Origin: Paramoeba atlantica
Taxonomy: Eukaryota; Protista; Discosea
DNA: 64,000 nt
Assembly (NCBI GenBank): GCA_977017575.1
Contig: CDRNVI010000153.1
Location: 64,329-128,328, forward strand
Reading direction: 5' to 3'
The first letter of the stretch is position 1. Each line of letters begins with the position of its first letter. Below are positions 1 through 13,256 of the stretch, piece after piece. The notes beneath the pieces were generated by a model that saw only the letters and a list, made by a program, of their open reading frames with translations, did no database searches and had not been told where the DNA came from. Both the position numbers and the translations under genes were made by a program.

Positions 1-180
1 ATCATTAATTGTTATTTTCGTTGGTTTTAGAAGGGAATAGATTGGATATGTTACGTATCTACCGGGAAGGAGGACCTGGTGTGATCTGAAAATTAGTGTC
101 TCTTGAATATCTTTGTGGGATGGCTTGGATTTGTTCCCTGTTGGTCTAGATTGATCTTCTGGGTGTCTTGCATAATGGTC

Positions 181-2700
181 ACCTCTTTCTTTGCTGATTC
201 CAGCTGCGTGAGCTAGTTGGTCTGCTCTCCCATTGTATTTTCTTTTTATGTGTTGGTGTGTAATGGTATTGAAATCTTGGTCTAACTGTTCTGAAAGGAT
301 ATGGATTTGCAAGATTGGGCTAGGTCAGTTTTTATCTTTGAGTCTCCAAGGATATGGAGGTCTTTTATGCCTGGGGATATGGCGAGTCTTTTGAGTTCAT
401 ATTCTCCCCAAAACTCTCCAGTATTGCTTGTTCCCAGGGCTGTTGTAAGTGCTTTCGCTGCTATTTCTTCATGATTTTTGTATATGACACAGCCTGCCCC
501 ACCTTTAAGGTTCGGGATGTCACCTGTGTCATCATAGTATCCCGTGAATTCCGTTCTCCTTTCGAAGACCGGTTTTTCTTCTTCTTTCTCACTGTCTTCT
601 TTTGTTTCTTTGGGATTACTTGTGTTCTTTTTTTGTGGGGTTCTTTTTGATGTGTTGAGAATTCTCCTCTCAGCTTCCTTAAATTTTATGAGGTTTTTAG
701 TGAAATGGAAGTCAGTTAGTTTTGGTAGATTGGCCTTTTCATCAAAACCTATGTCTGTAATTAAGTTTCTTATCGTCATGAGGATTGTCAGGTTGAAAGT
801 TGCTTGAGATAGGGACACTTTTCTTTCCACTAGGAGTAGATCGTTTATACTTCTCGGCCACTTGATATTCTGGTAAATTTTTGTCTTGGGTTTTAGAAAG
901 TCTATCTTTTTCTTCATTTTTTTATAACATTCCAAAATATGTGGACAGTTGAGGAAATGGTGATAGGTTTCTCTTTCTTGGCACCCAAACCGGCATTTGT
1001 CATTGAGGTCTTTGATAAAATTTGCTGTCCTGCTTTTGTGGTTCCATGCTTTGGCAATGTAAGGATGTAATTGTGTTTAAAGGGGACTGGGAGTTTGTGT
1101 GATAGATTGTGGAGCATATTTGTTTCTGCATGGGGGCTTTTATCGTATGTGAAGCCCACTGGGTTGTGAGCAGGGAATCGGGCTCTAAGTTGAGAATATA
1201 TCCAATTTGTGGGTCTTTTGATATTTTCCTTCCATTCGTTGTATTTTTCCCTGTTTGTGAAATGTTCATCACAGTTTGTTTGATAGTTTTTTCTAAGGCC
1301 CATTATTCGGTAGTACATGTTTATGGCCCATCTTCTTTTCCATTCTACTGTGTTTTCACTCAGGTTGAATGTTTGGTGGTTTGTTTTACATGGTGGTCTT
1401 TTTGCAACTAGACATGCTATGTTGAATAACAGAGGGTGGATAATGGGGGTTTTAAAACTTAGTGGCGGAACATTGGAGTACAGCATGGTGTTTGGGATAT
1501 TGTTCTTACCACCAAGACCCACTCTTATTGTTCTTGACATTTCCCCCATAAGATTTTGAGGGATAATGGAGAAGCGTCCCAGGTATGGGATGTGTGATAT
1601 TACGTATGTATTTATGTGGTTTATTCGTTGTTGGACAGTTGAGTTGGCTTTTTTCGTTTCGTTTTGTACAAAAGAAGCTGCCTCCTTTTGCTTGTCTAAC
1701 CGGTGTTTCCAATTTGTTTGGCCAAAGTTTTTGGTTTCTATTTTAACCCCCAGGTATGTTGTTATTTTTGTTTTCTTTGCTTCGTCCCATGGATGGGGAA
1801 GTGGTTCATTAATTTGGCTATCAAACATGAGGAGAAGGATTTTATCATAATTTAATTTGCTGCCCATTGCTTCATTGTAGTTTTTAAAAACTGAGGTGAT
1901 TTTCTCGAGTTGTGTGAAGTTTTGAAGGATAACAGCAATGTCGTCCATATATGCTCTTGCAAAATGATTTGGTTCGTCTGGTAACTTAGACACCAGAAGG
2001 TCAAAGATTAGTATGTAGAGTATAGGAGATAGCGGGCATCCTTGTTTGACACCAGTTACTGCTATAAACTCAACACGTTTTGCTCCATTAATGTGGATTG
2101 TGGTTTTACTGGGTGCGAGTGCTAAGTTTGCTATGTTTCTGAGGTGTTTTGGGCAGTTAATTTTTTCCAACATTAGTTTGATCATATCTCTGTTAATGAA
2201 GTCGTATGCTTTCATGTAATCGGTTTGGAGAATCATGGGCTTGTTACCCAAATCTCGTTCTTGTTGGTAAGCATTTAAGATGTCATCAAGGCAGTCATCT
2301 ATAAATCTGTTGTGTAAGAGGGCTCTTTGAGCTGGAGACACTATTTCAGAGAGGGTATCTCTGAATTCGTGTGTCCAGTATTTCATTAGAAGTCTGTATG
2401 AAGCATTGGTTATTGATATTGGTCTTGTTCTATCAGGTGTAACCGGTCCATCCTCTTTAGGAAGTAGGACTAATCTGGCTTCGTTGAAATTTGGGCCTGG
2501 GTCGAAATTGTCTTGGGTTGATGCTTTTATCAGGTCTGGCCAGAAGCTTGGGAATTTTTTGTGCATAGCACGATAATATGCAAAAGGGATGCCATTTGGT
2601 CCTGAGCCTGTTCTATTTGTTTTAGAGACTGTTTTGGTTATGATTTCTGGGTCAGGAGCGAAATCTTTTTCTTTTTCGATTTTGGGATAATCTTGAAGGA
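181..2700 (-). mobile_element. 5'-truncated, frameshifted non-LTR (LINE-type) retrotransposon: RT, CCHC zinc knuckle, RNase H
   Basis: ORF 914..2773 has LINE RT motifs (GPNGIP, RPISITNASYRLL, QTDYMKAYDFI, GVKQGCPLSPILY, YMDD, YLGV). A frameshift near 1060 leads to CRFGCQERETYHHFLNC in frame with ORF 282..935, which contains RNase H motifs (KGGAGCVIY, TSNTGEFWG, ILGDSK). A second frameshift gives HIKRKYNGRADQLA at ~200-250. No endonuclease or ORF1 upstream. Confidence 0.9.
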
Positions 2701-2709
2701 TTTTTTTTT

Positions 2710-5700
2710 CTACTCTTCTAACTCTTTCAATCTCAGAAAATGGGCAGGAACTCCCCCCCAAATTGAATGACATCCAATCTGTTCTCTTGGCAATGGAAAT
2801 CCACCAGGAAGAAGCTCACTGCAGTGCCCCATCAGATTTTCTCGAGTGATAAATGCAACTTGATGTAAAATGACATGATCTTCAATCTCAGCAGGCCCAA
2901 ACTCCATTCCTTCTAATTCAAAAGAGTGACCAAAAATGACAGAATAATGAGATACAATACAGTGAGAACCAACACGAATCATATCTGGGTCACCAAGATA
3001 AAGGGAATCAATGAAGCTTGCTGTTCCAATCTTCACTCCAAGACATCTCAAATAGAGGGTATAAAGAGGACTTCCAAGTGTGAGAGCTAGAAATCCAACA
3101 TTGTTAAGTGATTTCAGTTGCCATGCTTTGAGGTATGGTTCAAGTCGTGTCACTTTCTCGGAGACTACATCGTATCTGCGGATCAAGATCCACTTTCCAA
3201 CAATTGAAAGCAAAACCTTCAAAGCTTGAAAGGTCATGTACCACATCAAGAGAGAAAAGTAAGAGAGAGTGCGGTTTTGATACTCCAACCAAAGATATCG
3301 AACCAACTCATATCCTGGCCACATAAAACTTGCTAGAATAATGAGGAGGATCACAATTCCTCCAATTTGTTTTATGAAGCGAGCAACTTGAGGAATACAT
3401 CCATGAAGAGAAGTGAATTGGGTGCTTGGTGCTTTTGGATAAATTTTTGCAGGAATTCCAACACACATTGAATCATTGGGAACTTCCATTCCATCTTCAA
3501 TCAAACATCTCCCTGCGATCTTACAATTCTCACCAATAACAACACCACCCCTGATTTCACAATCAGCTCCAATCCAAGTACCCCTTCCAATTCGAATCTC
3601 CTGGAAGACTGTAAATCCACTTGGTGCTTCTTTTGATGCTGCTACTGTTAACACTGTTGAACCACCAATGAAAATATCATCTTCCAAAACAACAAGATCA
3701 ACAAGTTCAGGGGTAAGACGGAAATTCGTCATCAAAACAGAGTTTTTGATCTCCATTCCCATGAGCTTTGCGAGCCAAATAATCAAATGAGTTTGTTGGA
3801 AATAAATTAAAAAGTGAGAACTCACAAAATCAAAGTGTCGATCAACAATGAACTTTCGCCACATGAACCACCCAGTTGATGGGTAAAGCACTCCTGGTTG
3901 AATCCCTCCAGGAAGAAAGATTCGCTTCACACAAATTACCATGATTATTTTCCCAAGAGCTAAGATGAGCAATGAAATGAGAATAAAAACAAGGCCTGTG
4001 TAACGACCAGCATCAAAGTCACCTGATTCAACCACTTGAACAAATGGCATAACAGCCAAACCAGGGATAACTGATATCACAACAACAACCACAATGCCTA
4101 TAAGTTTTGCCAGATGCCAAAGTAAAGAGTTCCCAGTTTCATTGGGTAAAACATCATCTTTCTGCTGCTCATTGTCACCCCCTTCACTCTCAACATCTGT
4201 CTCAGTTGGTTCATAATACTCAAATGGCATGCGAGCTTCTCCTGGTTTCATTGTACCAGGAGCAGTGATGATACCATTTGGAGGGAGTGTAGAATTTCGC
4301 CCAATTTGAATCTGATCAAATCTCATGACTCCTGTGCTTTCAAATGAATAAGCGGTCACATGTGCACCACCATCCAAATTGGACCCACCCCCAACCTCGA
4401 TCAAATCAAATTCAGTCATCCAAACAGGCATAGACGAAGGCAAACCAGAAGGCATTCGGACTCCCATTGCTCGGAGCCAGAAAAAGTGCAGAAGAGTTTG
4501 TTTGAAAATCATCAACACCAGCTCCCCATAATACCAAAAGAGCGTTTTGACCATCCACCAACGAAGGAAATAAAAACTCCACAGTTGTGCCTTCCTTGGT
4601 TTCATTTGCCCAATGATCAACCATTTTGATATTGTGGTTAAGATAACCAAACATAACATCCCGATTAACAATGCAACAGGAAAACCAATAAAGAGCAAAC
4701 CATATCGACTGAACTTAGGATCAAAGAAAAACAGATATTCATACTCAAAATCACCATAGAGCCACTCGAGGTACAGAAATGCAGGCCATAAACAAACAGC
4801 TCCAAATCCTGGGATAAAGATCAAAGAAAAGAGAGCTTGCATCATTCCAACAATCAGATATTGCCAATATGGAACTGTTCCCTCTCTACCACAAATTTCT
4901 CTTTCAGGACAATGTTCAGAACTTCCCATTCCAAACTCACATGCAGCAGCAGTCTTGGGAGTTTTCTTTGAAAAAAAAAGAAGGTTTAATCCAAAGAAGA
5001 CGACCAGAGAGTTTTTTTGTTAAAAAAAAAAAGAAAAAAAGAAAAACCTGTGGTGCTCCAAATTCAATGACAATCTCTGTGTCAGTCTTTCCATTGGAAA
5101 CTTCATCGAAGAGAACATCAACAGCATTTCCAATTGTCCAATTTGGCCGAACACTATCCGAAGTTTCGCTCAGGAAATCCTTCTTCGTCAATTTCGTTGC
5201 AGTCAGTATCTCTCGAATTTTATCAGGAGAGAAATCAAGAAAGTGTGGCAAATCACGAATCTGGGTGTCTTCTTCTTCCAAAAGGGTTGAAATTGGTAAC
5301 TCATTTCGCATTGTGAGGTGGTAGAGAAAGACAAAATGAAGGACCTTGCGTTTTTGTTCAACAGAGAGTTTGCCATTGGGACCGAAAACAGTATTGGGAG
5401 CAAAGTAGTTCTTCTTCCCACCTCCCTGTTGATCGAAATATTGTTCGAGAAGATGAAATGTCAAGAGGTTAATTTGACCATAGTCATAAAGCATCATTGG
5501 ATCAATTGTTAAAGAAGGAAACGCCTGAGAAAGGAAATGGCGGAGTTCAACTTGTTCAATAGAAGTCAACCCAAGTTCGAGAAAGGAAGATTCAGACTGA
5601 ACAGTGTGGGTGGCATCAGAGCAAATAATTTGAGCAGTCATCAAACGAAGAAACACATTCATCACATTCTGGCAGCACTCTAAACCCATTTTATCGTCAC

Positions 5701-8654
5701 CGAGAGATACACCCCCACAACAGTGAAGAATTGGAACAAGAATTGCAGGATCAGACAAGATTGGATTCATTCGGTCATTTCGATAATGTTTCTCATGCAA
5801 TACCTGAAAAAGACCATTGAGATAATTCTCTTTGGTTTGCTTTCTCCTAATTTTCCCACTTGTCGTTTTCAAGATTGTTCGAGCAGGAAGAAGAACGACA
5901 ATACTGCACTTAATTTCATGTCCACGCCTTACTGCATTTGCGATATCGTCACATATAGCTTCGTAATCCATGTTTTTGATTTGATGAGATCGCACTTCGA
6001 TAACACAACAAATGAGTTCTTTGTCTTCCTCATCGACCATTGCAAAGACAGCACAACATCCAGGACGAATGGCTGAATTACTTTGGTCAACTGTGGCTTC
6101 TAAATCATTTGGGTAAAAATTCTTTCCACCAATAATGAGAATATCTTTTTTGCGACCACAAAGATAAACTTGCCCTTCATAGAGGAATCCAATGTCACCA
6201 GTTCGCAACCATCCACCACCCAAATCACTTCCATGATGAAGACCATCCTCTTTAATCACACCATGAAAGGTTTCTTCAGTTAAATCAGGTCGACCGTAAT
6301 ATCCGTGAGCCACTCTGCGCCCTCGAACCCAAATCTCTCCAGAAGAATACATATTTTGTAACTCACATGTCTCTTTATCAACAATCGCAACTTCACAATC
6401 AACAGGCCAACCACATCCCACCACAGAGAGGGTTGTCTCCCCCTCCTCTCCATCCTCCTCTTCTTCTTTCCCCTCACTCTTCTCACTCACAATCATCATC
6501 TGACCACTTCCAGGTTCATCTTCTTCCTCCTTGCTGGAGTTCTTTTCAACAATTTTGACTCCGTCGTGTTCTAACTGTTCTTTCACTAAAACCTTCACTC
6601 TATTTTGTCGATAAGCTCGCTCATCAATCTTAAGTTCATTAACCACCTCATCTGGGAGATGAGTGGTGATGATCAAAGTACTCTCTGCCATTCCATACAC
6701 TGGACAATGCGCAATTGGACGGAAAGATGAAAATCGTTCATTCCAAGAACAGAGAGTGTCTAATCTCACTGGTTCAGAACCATTCAAAGCACACCGCATA
6801 CTAGACAAATCTAAGGTATCGGCAACTTCTTGAGAGGTTTTCTTGGCACACAACTCATATCCAAAGTTGGGACCTGTGGTAACACAAGCTTTGTATTTGC
6901 TGATCATCTGCGCAAAGAGAGTAGGATTGGAGAGAAAGGTAGCAGGGCTGGCCCCAATTGTCGCTCTACCCATCAAGAGAGGATAAAAAATTGCCCCGAT
7001 CAATCCTGTGGAAATTAAAGAGTTTTTAAAGGTTTGTTGGTAAAAAAAAAACGCAGCTTCTTCTTAAGTTATGAATAAAACTTACCCATATCATGATACT
7101 GCGGAATCCAAAATATCTAGAATTAAAGGGAGGAGATAAGTTCATGGTCATCTAAAAACGAAAGGGAAAAAAGGGAAAAAAGAAGACTGTTGGTTTCTAA
7201 AGAGGGAAAATAAAAAAGAAGATGTAAAAATGACTCCATACCATTATGTCACAATTCCCTGGAGACACTGAAACATTGTAGAGAACGTTGGCATGTGAAA
7301 CCATCACTCCTTTTGGATCACCTGTACTTCCTGTGGAGGAACAATAAAATTATTATTATAAATTTGATGTGGTATGATGATTGGCACCTCTAATTTTTTT
7401 CGACCACCAAAAAATCCTTTCTTCTCTTTTGCATAAACTCTTTTTACATTCCTCCATATCCAATCTAATTATCAAATCCCCTTCAAATAAGAAAGAATCA
7501 ATTGCGAAACCTGAAGTATATTGGAGGAATGCAAGATCATCTGATGCAATCGGATCATTGAGGAATGAATCACCATCGCTTGAGAATTCGACATCTTTGA
7601 GTTTGAGGGATTTGTCCACGCTCATCCAGGGGAGTTCAGGCCAAGATTGACTTTTTTTTTTCTTTGGTGACTCTTGAATTTGGTCTGCCTCACCGACTGT
7701 GATATCTCCCAACTCTTCTTTTCCAATCCCATTCCCGAAAGAATTGAATGAGAACTTTCCAGAGAATCTTCCTCCAAACGATGCTGATGATCTGGATGAA
7801 ATCAGTCCCGAATCACCCAACGAGTGTTTTGACTTTGAGAATGACTTGTTTGAGAAACTCCCACTCCCTATGTCGTCGTTTTTGTCTTTGAGACTTTTGA
7901 AGGAGAATCGGTTCGAGTCTTTCATAGATTGTCCCAATGACCTTTTTGACCCTGACCTGGGAGAATGTCTCCCACCCTCGCAAAAACTGGGCTCCTTCGA
8001 CAACCAGGTTGGTGTTGCGATCTTGATGAGTGTGTTTTTTTTCTGTTGCAATTTTGTGAACGGCATAACTTTCTCTCTGTACGCTCGGTGGGTGAGAATG
8101 AGCCGACAATTTGCATTTTCAAGAGCGGTTGAAAATCTTGGAACAGAAATATCAGGCTTTGAGGGGTCTGGAGGATACACTGGGACTGCAACAATCCCTG
8201 AGAGAAAAATTGAACAACAATGAAAAATAAACTGGATGGATTAAAAGGATTGGAAAAAAAAAAAACCTGTCAGTAAACATGCCAGCATTGCAGGAATAAA
8301 ATCAATCCCAGGAAGGAAACACAACGCAACTTTGTCCCCTGCATTCAAATGAAATTTGGAGAACATTCGTTTTGCGATGTGTTGTGCGCTGTTCAACAAC
8401 TGACGATAGCTCCTTCTTGACACTTCTTCACATGATTTATCGACCCATATTATCGCAGGACTGTCTGGCGCTTTTTTCGTTCTTCTAGTGAATGCTTCTC
8501 GAAAATTCTTACATTCCAGGAGTTCTTCGTGATTTAATCCCACCGGCCCAAAATGTGTATCGTAAAAGTCTTGTTGTTCAGACGATGGCGAAGGACGATT
8601 TTCTCTTGCCCTCATCATAATTTCGTGACTTCCTTTGATGTACGCCATCTTCAT
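2710..8654 (-). CDS. FAAL-type adenylation domain + acyl carrier domain + Pls/PosA-like C-terminal module (3x TM pair/hexapeptide beta-helix); 6 exons, ~1802 aa
   Basis: Exons 8654-8267, 8197-7511, 7330-7242, 7116-7086, 7005-5048 and 4965-2710 all join at GT-AG, total 5409 nt, in frame. Motifs: LQYTSGSTGDPKGVMVSHAN, WIPQYHDMGLIG, GPNFGY, YGMAE, GEIWVRG, LRTGDIGF, GRKKD, TTSGKIRR; carrier motif ELGLTS. Three hydrophobic plus LRAMGVRM/LMGMEIK/LRCLGVKIG units, each followed by hexapeptide repeats (IGRGTWIGADCEIRGGVVIGENC). Confidence 0.88.
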
Positions 8655-9629
8655 CAAATCCGCCCAACAGCAGGAGAAAAAGACGAGTTCTTTTCCAAAA
8701 CCAAACTTTCAAATAACAGCCCACCTGTTTGGAAACAAAGGTTGGCCGCCCGGGGAGCTCTCTGGCCAAAACAGAGGGTCCAATTTGACGAAAACAATAA
8801 TGGTGACACCAAATTCTTCGAAATTTATCCTTTAAATGGAGACCCATTTAAAGAAGGGTCTCTCCAACACTTCAAATAGTGTCGACAATGTTGCGAAACG
8901 GAAAACCATTTCTCGTTTTCCGGGAAAGAAAAAAAAAGACATCGAAATTCTATTTCGAACAACTTTTGACTCAAAAAAAATTCGGAACAAAGGGGCCCAA
9001 TTTTGAAAAGCCAAAAAAGATTTTTCCAAGAATTTTCTTTTCGACAAAGACAAAGAAAGAAAAATATCAAAAAGAAAAAAGAAGGGAAACAAAGAAGAAA
9101 AAGAAGAAAAAGAAGAAAAAGAAACCTTCCGCTCGTCTGAAAAGATTTTCTCTTGTCTTTTTTTTCCCTTTCTTTTTCCCTTTTCTCTTTCCTTTTCTTT
9201 TTCCTTTTCCTTTTCCTTCTCCTTCTCATTTTCCTTTTCTTTTTCCTTCTCTTTATCTTTCATTCTCCCCATCACCATCCTTCTCTTTCTCCTTCTCCCT
9301 CTCACCAGCCCCCTTATCAAACAAAGAAGTCACAAAAATAGGATTTTTTTTCTCTTACACTTTTACCCGCTTTTTAACCTTTATCCCCAAGAAAAATGGA
9401 GGAGGGATTGATATTTTTTTGGCAGAGACATTGACATTCCTTTCCTTTTTTCCATTCAAATAAAATGAAACAAAGCAAAAAAAAGTCTTTTGGCAGACAA
9501 AAATAGGTTCAAAAAATCAAGAGCTCTAAAATTAGAACGCTTTCTTTCAATTCTTTTTCTCTCTTTCATTCTCTCCCTCATTCAATTTGCCCTTGAAACT
9601 TTGCAAAAAAGAAAAAGAAGAAAAAGAAA

Positions 9630-10450
9630 ATGGGGAATAGTCTCCAAAAAGAAAGACCAAAAAGGAGGGTTGTGGAGATTGCATTCCAAGGTCCTCGTGG
9701 AGTTGGTAAGAGTTTCCTCCTTCTTCGTTATGTCCAAGTTTTGTTTTCTTTTTCTTTTTTTTTTCTAATATTTATTTATTATATTTATTATTTTGAAGGA
9801 TTAATTTCTTTTTCTTAGAACGTTTTTGTTGTGGGATATGTTCCGCCAATTGAGGAGTAGTTTGAATTTTCTTCTCTTCTCTTTGATTTTCTTCTCTTTC
9901 TCTTTTTTCATCCTCAAGTCACAGTTACCAAAAACGAATCATTTTGTTGGCTGATGAAAAACCAGTTTTCTTTGACATGCCTGGTTTTCATTCTCTTTCT
10001 TATTTTAATCATTCATTTCAAAAAAATTAGTTTTTTAAAAGAGATATATCTTTTTTTTCAGATAGAGCAGGAGGAGAACAATTTATCTCAATGAGAGATC
10101 TGTCCATCCGAGATGCAAGAGGGCTCTTCTTTGTGTATTCAATCAATTCCTCAGAATCTTTTGACGAGATTGAAACCTTCATTCAGAGGGCGGAAAGAGT
10201 GAAAGAGCGTTCAATTGAAGGAATTGGAGTTTTGATTGGAAACAAAGTTGATCTTGAAGAAGATCGACAAGTCCCAAAATATAAAGGAGAGGAATTGGCC
10301 ACACGATATCAAATCCCTTTCTTTGAAACAAGTGCAAAGACAGGAGAGAATGTTGAAGAGATATTTCAAGCTCTTGGATCATTGGTTATTTATGGAGACC
10401 CTTTTTACCAATCTGGAGGGTGTAAAAATATTAAGTCAGCAAAGAGATGA
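9630..10450 (+). CDS. Ras-like small GTPase, copy 1
   Basis: Spliced: P-loop GPRGVGKS, switch I NVFVVGYVPPIEEY, G3 DRAGG, NKVD, ETSAK; ends GGCKNIKSAKR. Confidence 0.9.
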
Positions 10451-10979
10451 CAAATTGATTGTTTGTTTCAAAAATGTTACAAACCCTGTTCTGTTGCTTT
10501 CTGTTCAATTTGATGCCATCTTGTTGCTCCACTCCTCCGATTGATCACACCGCTCTTTCTCTCTTGCATTCCCACTCCTCTGTTTTTCCCTCATTGTTTT
10601 ATTTTCCCTTTTCCTGTTTTTCCTGATGTTTATTTTATCCTGTCCGATTTGATTTTGTCCCTGTTTCCCGATACTAAAACGCATTCAACCTTTGAAAGAG
10701 AGAGAGAGATTATTTTCGAAGAATGATATTATTTTAAATTGAGATTCAATAATTCTTATTCTGATTTCAAATAATTCAAAAATTCAATTCCCAAAACTCA
10801 AAACTCAAAAATGCAACAAAAATATGGTTCAAAAATCAAGAGCTCTAAAATTGAGGACTCTTTCTTTCTGTTTCTCTTTCGTTTCTCTCCTATCTTTCTC
10901 TTTCGTTTCTCTCTTTCATTTCCCTAAAATTGCAGTCTTGAAATTCAACTCTCCAAAAAAAGAAAAAGAAGAAAAGAAA

Positions 10980-11827
10980 ATGGGGAATGGTCTCCAAAAA
11001 GAAAGATCAAAAAAGAGGGCTGGAAAAGAAAGATCATCATCCCTGCGGATTGCATTCCAAGGTCCTGGTGGAGTTGGTAAGAGTTCCCTTGTTTGTCGTT
11101 ATGTCCAAGTTTTGTTTTTCTTTTTCTGCTTTTTCTTTTTCTTTGAAAGTATTTTGAAGGATTACTTACTTTTTCTTTTTCTCAGGGTCTTTTTGTGGAG
11201 GAATATGATCCTTTAATTGATGACTAGTTTGAATTTTTTTCTTCTCTTTAATCTTCTCTTTCTCTTTTTTCACCCTCCAGTTCATCAATCACAGTTTCCG
11301 AAAACAAATCATTTTGTTAGCTGATGAACAACCACTTCTCTTTGAAATAATTGGTTTTCATTCTCTCTTTCTTATTTTAATCATTCATTTCAAAAAAATA
11401 GTTTTTTAAAAGAGATATATCTTCTATTTTTTCAGATACAGCAGGACAAGAAGAATTTATCTCAATGAGAGATCAGATCATCCGATATGCAAGAGGATTC
11501 TTCTTTGTATATTCAATCACTTCCCCAGAATCTTTTGATGAGATTGAGACCTTCATTCAGAGGGTGGAAAGAGTGAAAGATCGTTCAATTGAAGGAATTG
11601 GAGTTTTGATTGGAAACAAAGTTGATCTTGAAGAAGAACATCGACAAGTCTCAAAAGAGAAAGGAGAGGAATTGGCCAAACGTTATGGAATCCCTTTCTT
11701 TGAAACAAGTGCAAAGACAGGAGAGAATGTTGAAGAGATGTTTCAAGCTCTTGGATCATTGATTATTTATGGAGACCCTTTTTACCAATTTGGAGGGTGT
11801 AAAAATATTAAGGCAGCAAAGAGATGA
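10980..11827 (+). CDS. Ras-like small GTPase, copy 2
   Basis: GPGGVGKS, GLFVEEYDPLIDDY, DTAGQEEF, NKVD, ETSAK; all introns GT-AG. Confidence 0.9.
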
Positions 11828-12216
11828 CAATTGATTGTTTGTTTCAAAAAAAACAAAACTAGAAAAAGTCTCTGACCAGAAAAATGAGAGAAGTTTGTAA
11901 TTTTTTTTTGGGATGGATTCAAAAATCTTTGCCATTTTTTCAACCTTTGAAAGAGAGAGATTATTTTCGAAGAATGATATTATTTTAAATTGAGATTCAA
12001 TAATTCTTATTAATAATTCAAAAATTCCCAAAACTCAAAACTAAAATTGGTTCAAAAATCAAGAGCTCTAAAATTGAGAACTCTTTCTTTCTCTCTGTTT
12101 CTCTTTCGTTTTTTTTTCTCTCTCTCTCTTTCGTTTCTCTCTTTCGTTCTCTCCCTCATTACCCTAAAATTGCAGTCTTGAAAATTCATTCCAACTCAAA
12201 AAAAGGAAGAAAGAAA

Positions 12217-13057
12217 ATGGGGAATGGTCTTCGAAAAGAAAGATCAAAAAAGAGGGATGGAAAAGAAGAAGGAAGACCATCACACCTGAAGATTGCATTC
12301 CAAGGTCCTGGTGGAGTTGGTAAGAGTTCCCTCCTTATTCGTTATGTCCAAGTTTTGTTTTCTTTTTCTTTTCTTTTTTCTTTTTTTTTTTTGAAAATAT
12401 TTTTTCTTTTTCTTAGAACCTTTTTCTGGAGGAGGAATATGATCCAACAATTGATGACTAGTTTGAATTTTCTTCTTCTTCTCTTTGATCTTCTCTTTTT
12501 TTTCATCCTCAAGTTCATCAATCACAGTTACCGAAAACAAATCATTTTGTCAGCTGATGAACAACCACTTCTATTTGACATAATTGGTTTTCATTCTCTC
12601 TTTATTTTAATCATTCATTTCAAAATATTAGTTTTTTAAAAGAGATATATCTTCTATTTTTTCAGATACAGCAGGACAAGAAGAATTTATCTCAATGAGA
12701 GATCAGATCATTCTAGATGCAAAAGGATTCTTCTTTGTGTATTCAATCACTTCCCCAGAATCTTTTGATGAGATTGAAACCTTCATTCAGAGGGTGGAAA
12801 GAGTGAAAGATCGTTCAATTGAAGGAATTGGAGTTTTGATTGGAAACAAAGTTGATCTTGAAGAAGAACATCGACAAGTCTCAAAAGATAAAGGAGAGGA
12901 ATTGGCCAAACGTTATGGAATCCCTTTCTTTGAAACAAGTGCAAAGACAGGAGAGAATGTTGAAGAGATGTTTCAAGCTCTTGGATCATTGATTATTTAT
13001 GGAGAATCTTTTTATCAATTTGGAGGGTGTAAAAATATTAAGGCAGCAAAGAGATGA
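12217..13057 (+). CDS. Ras-like small GTPase, copy 3 (the only copy with all canonical G motifs)
   Basis: GPGGVGKS, YDPTIDDY, DTAGQEEF, NKVD, ETSAK. Confidence 0.92.
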
Positions 13058-13256
13058 CAATTGTGATTGTTTGTTTCAAAAAAAACATGACAAAAAAGGA
13101 ACAAAATATTTCCTCCCCAACAAAGAGACAATTCAAAAATCAAGAGCTCTAAAAATTGAGAAACTCTTTCATTTCTCTCTTTTGTTCTCTCGCTCATTGT
13201 CCTAAAATTGCAGTCTTGAAATTCATTCCAACTCTCAAAAAAAAGGAAGAAAGAAA

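Noticed and set aside
2700-2773. Programmed -1 frameshift fusing the FAAL-Pls protein to the RT
   Set aside because: The RT frame is -1 relative to the host, but the only slippery A-run lies after the TAG; a chance insertion explains it.
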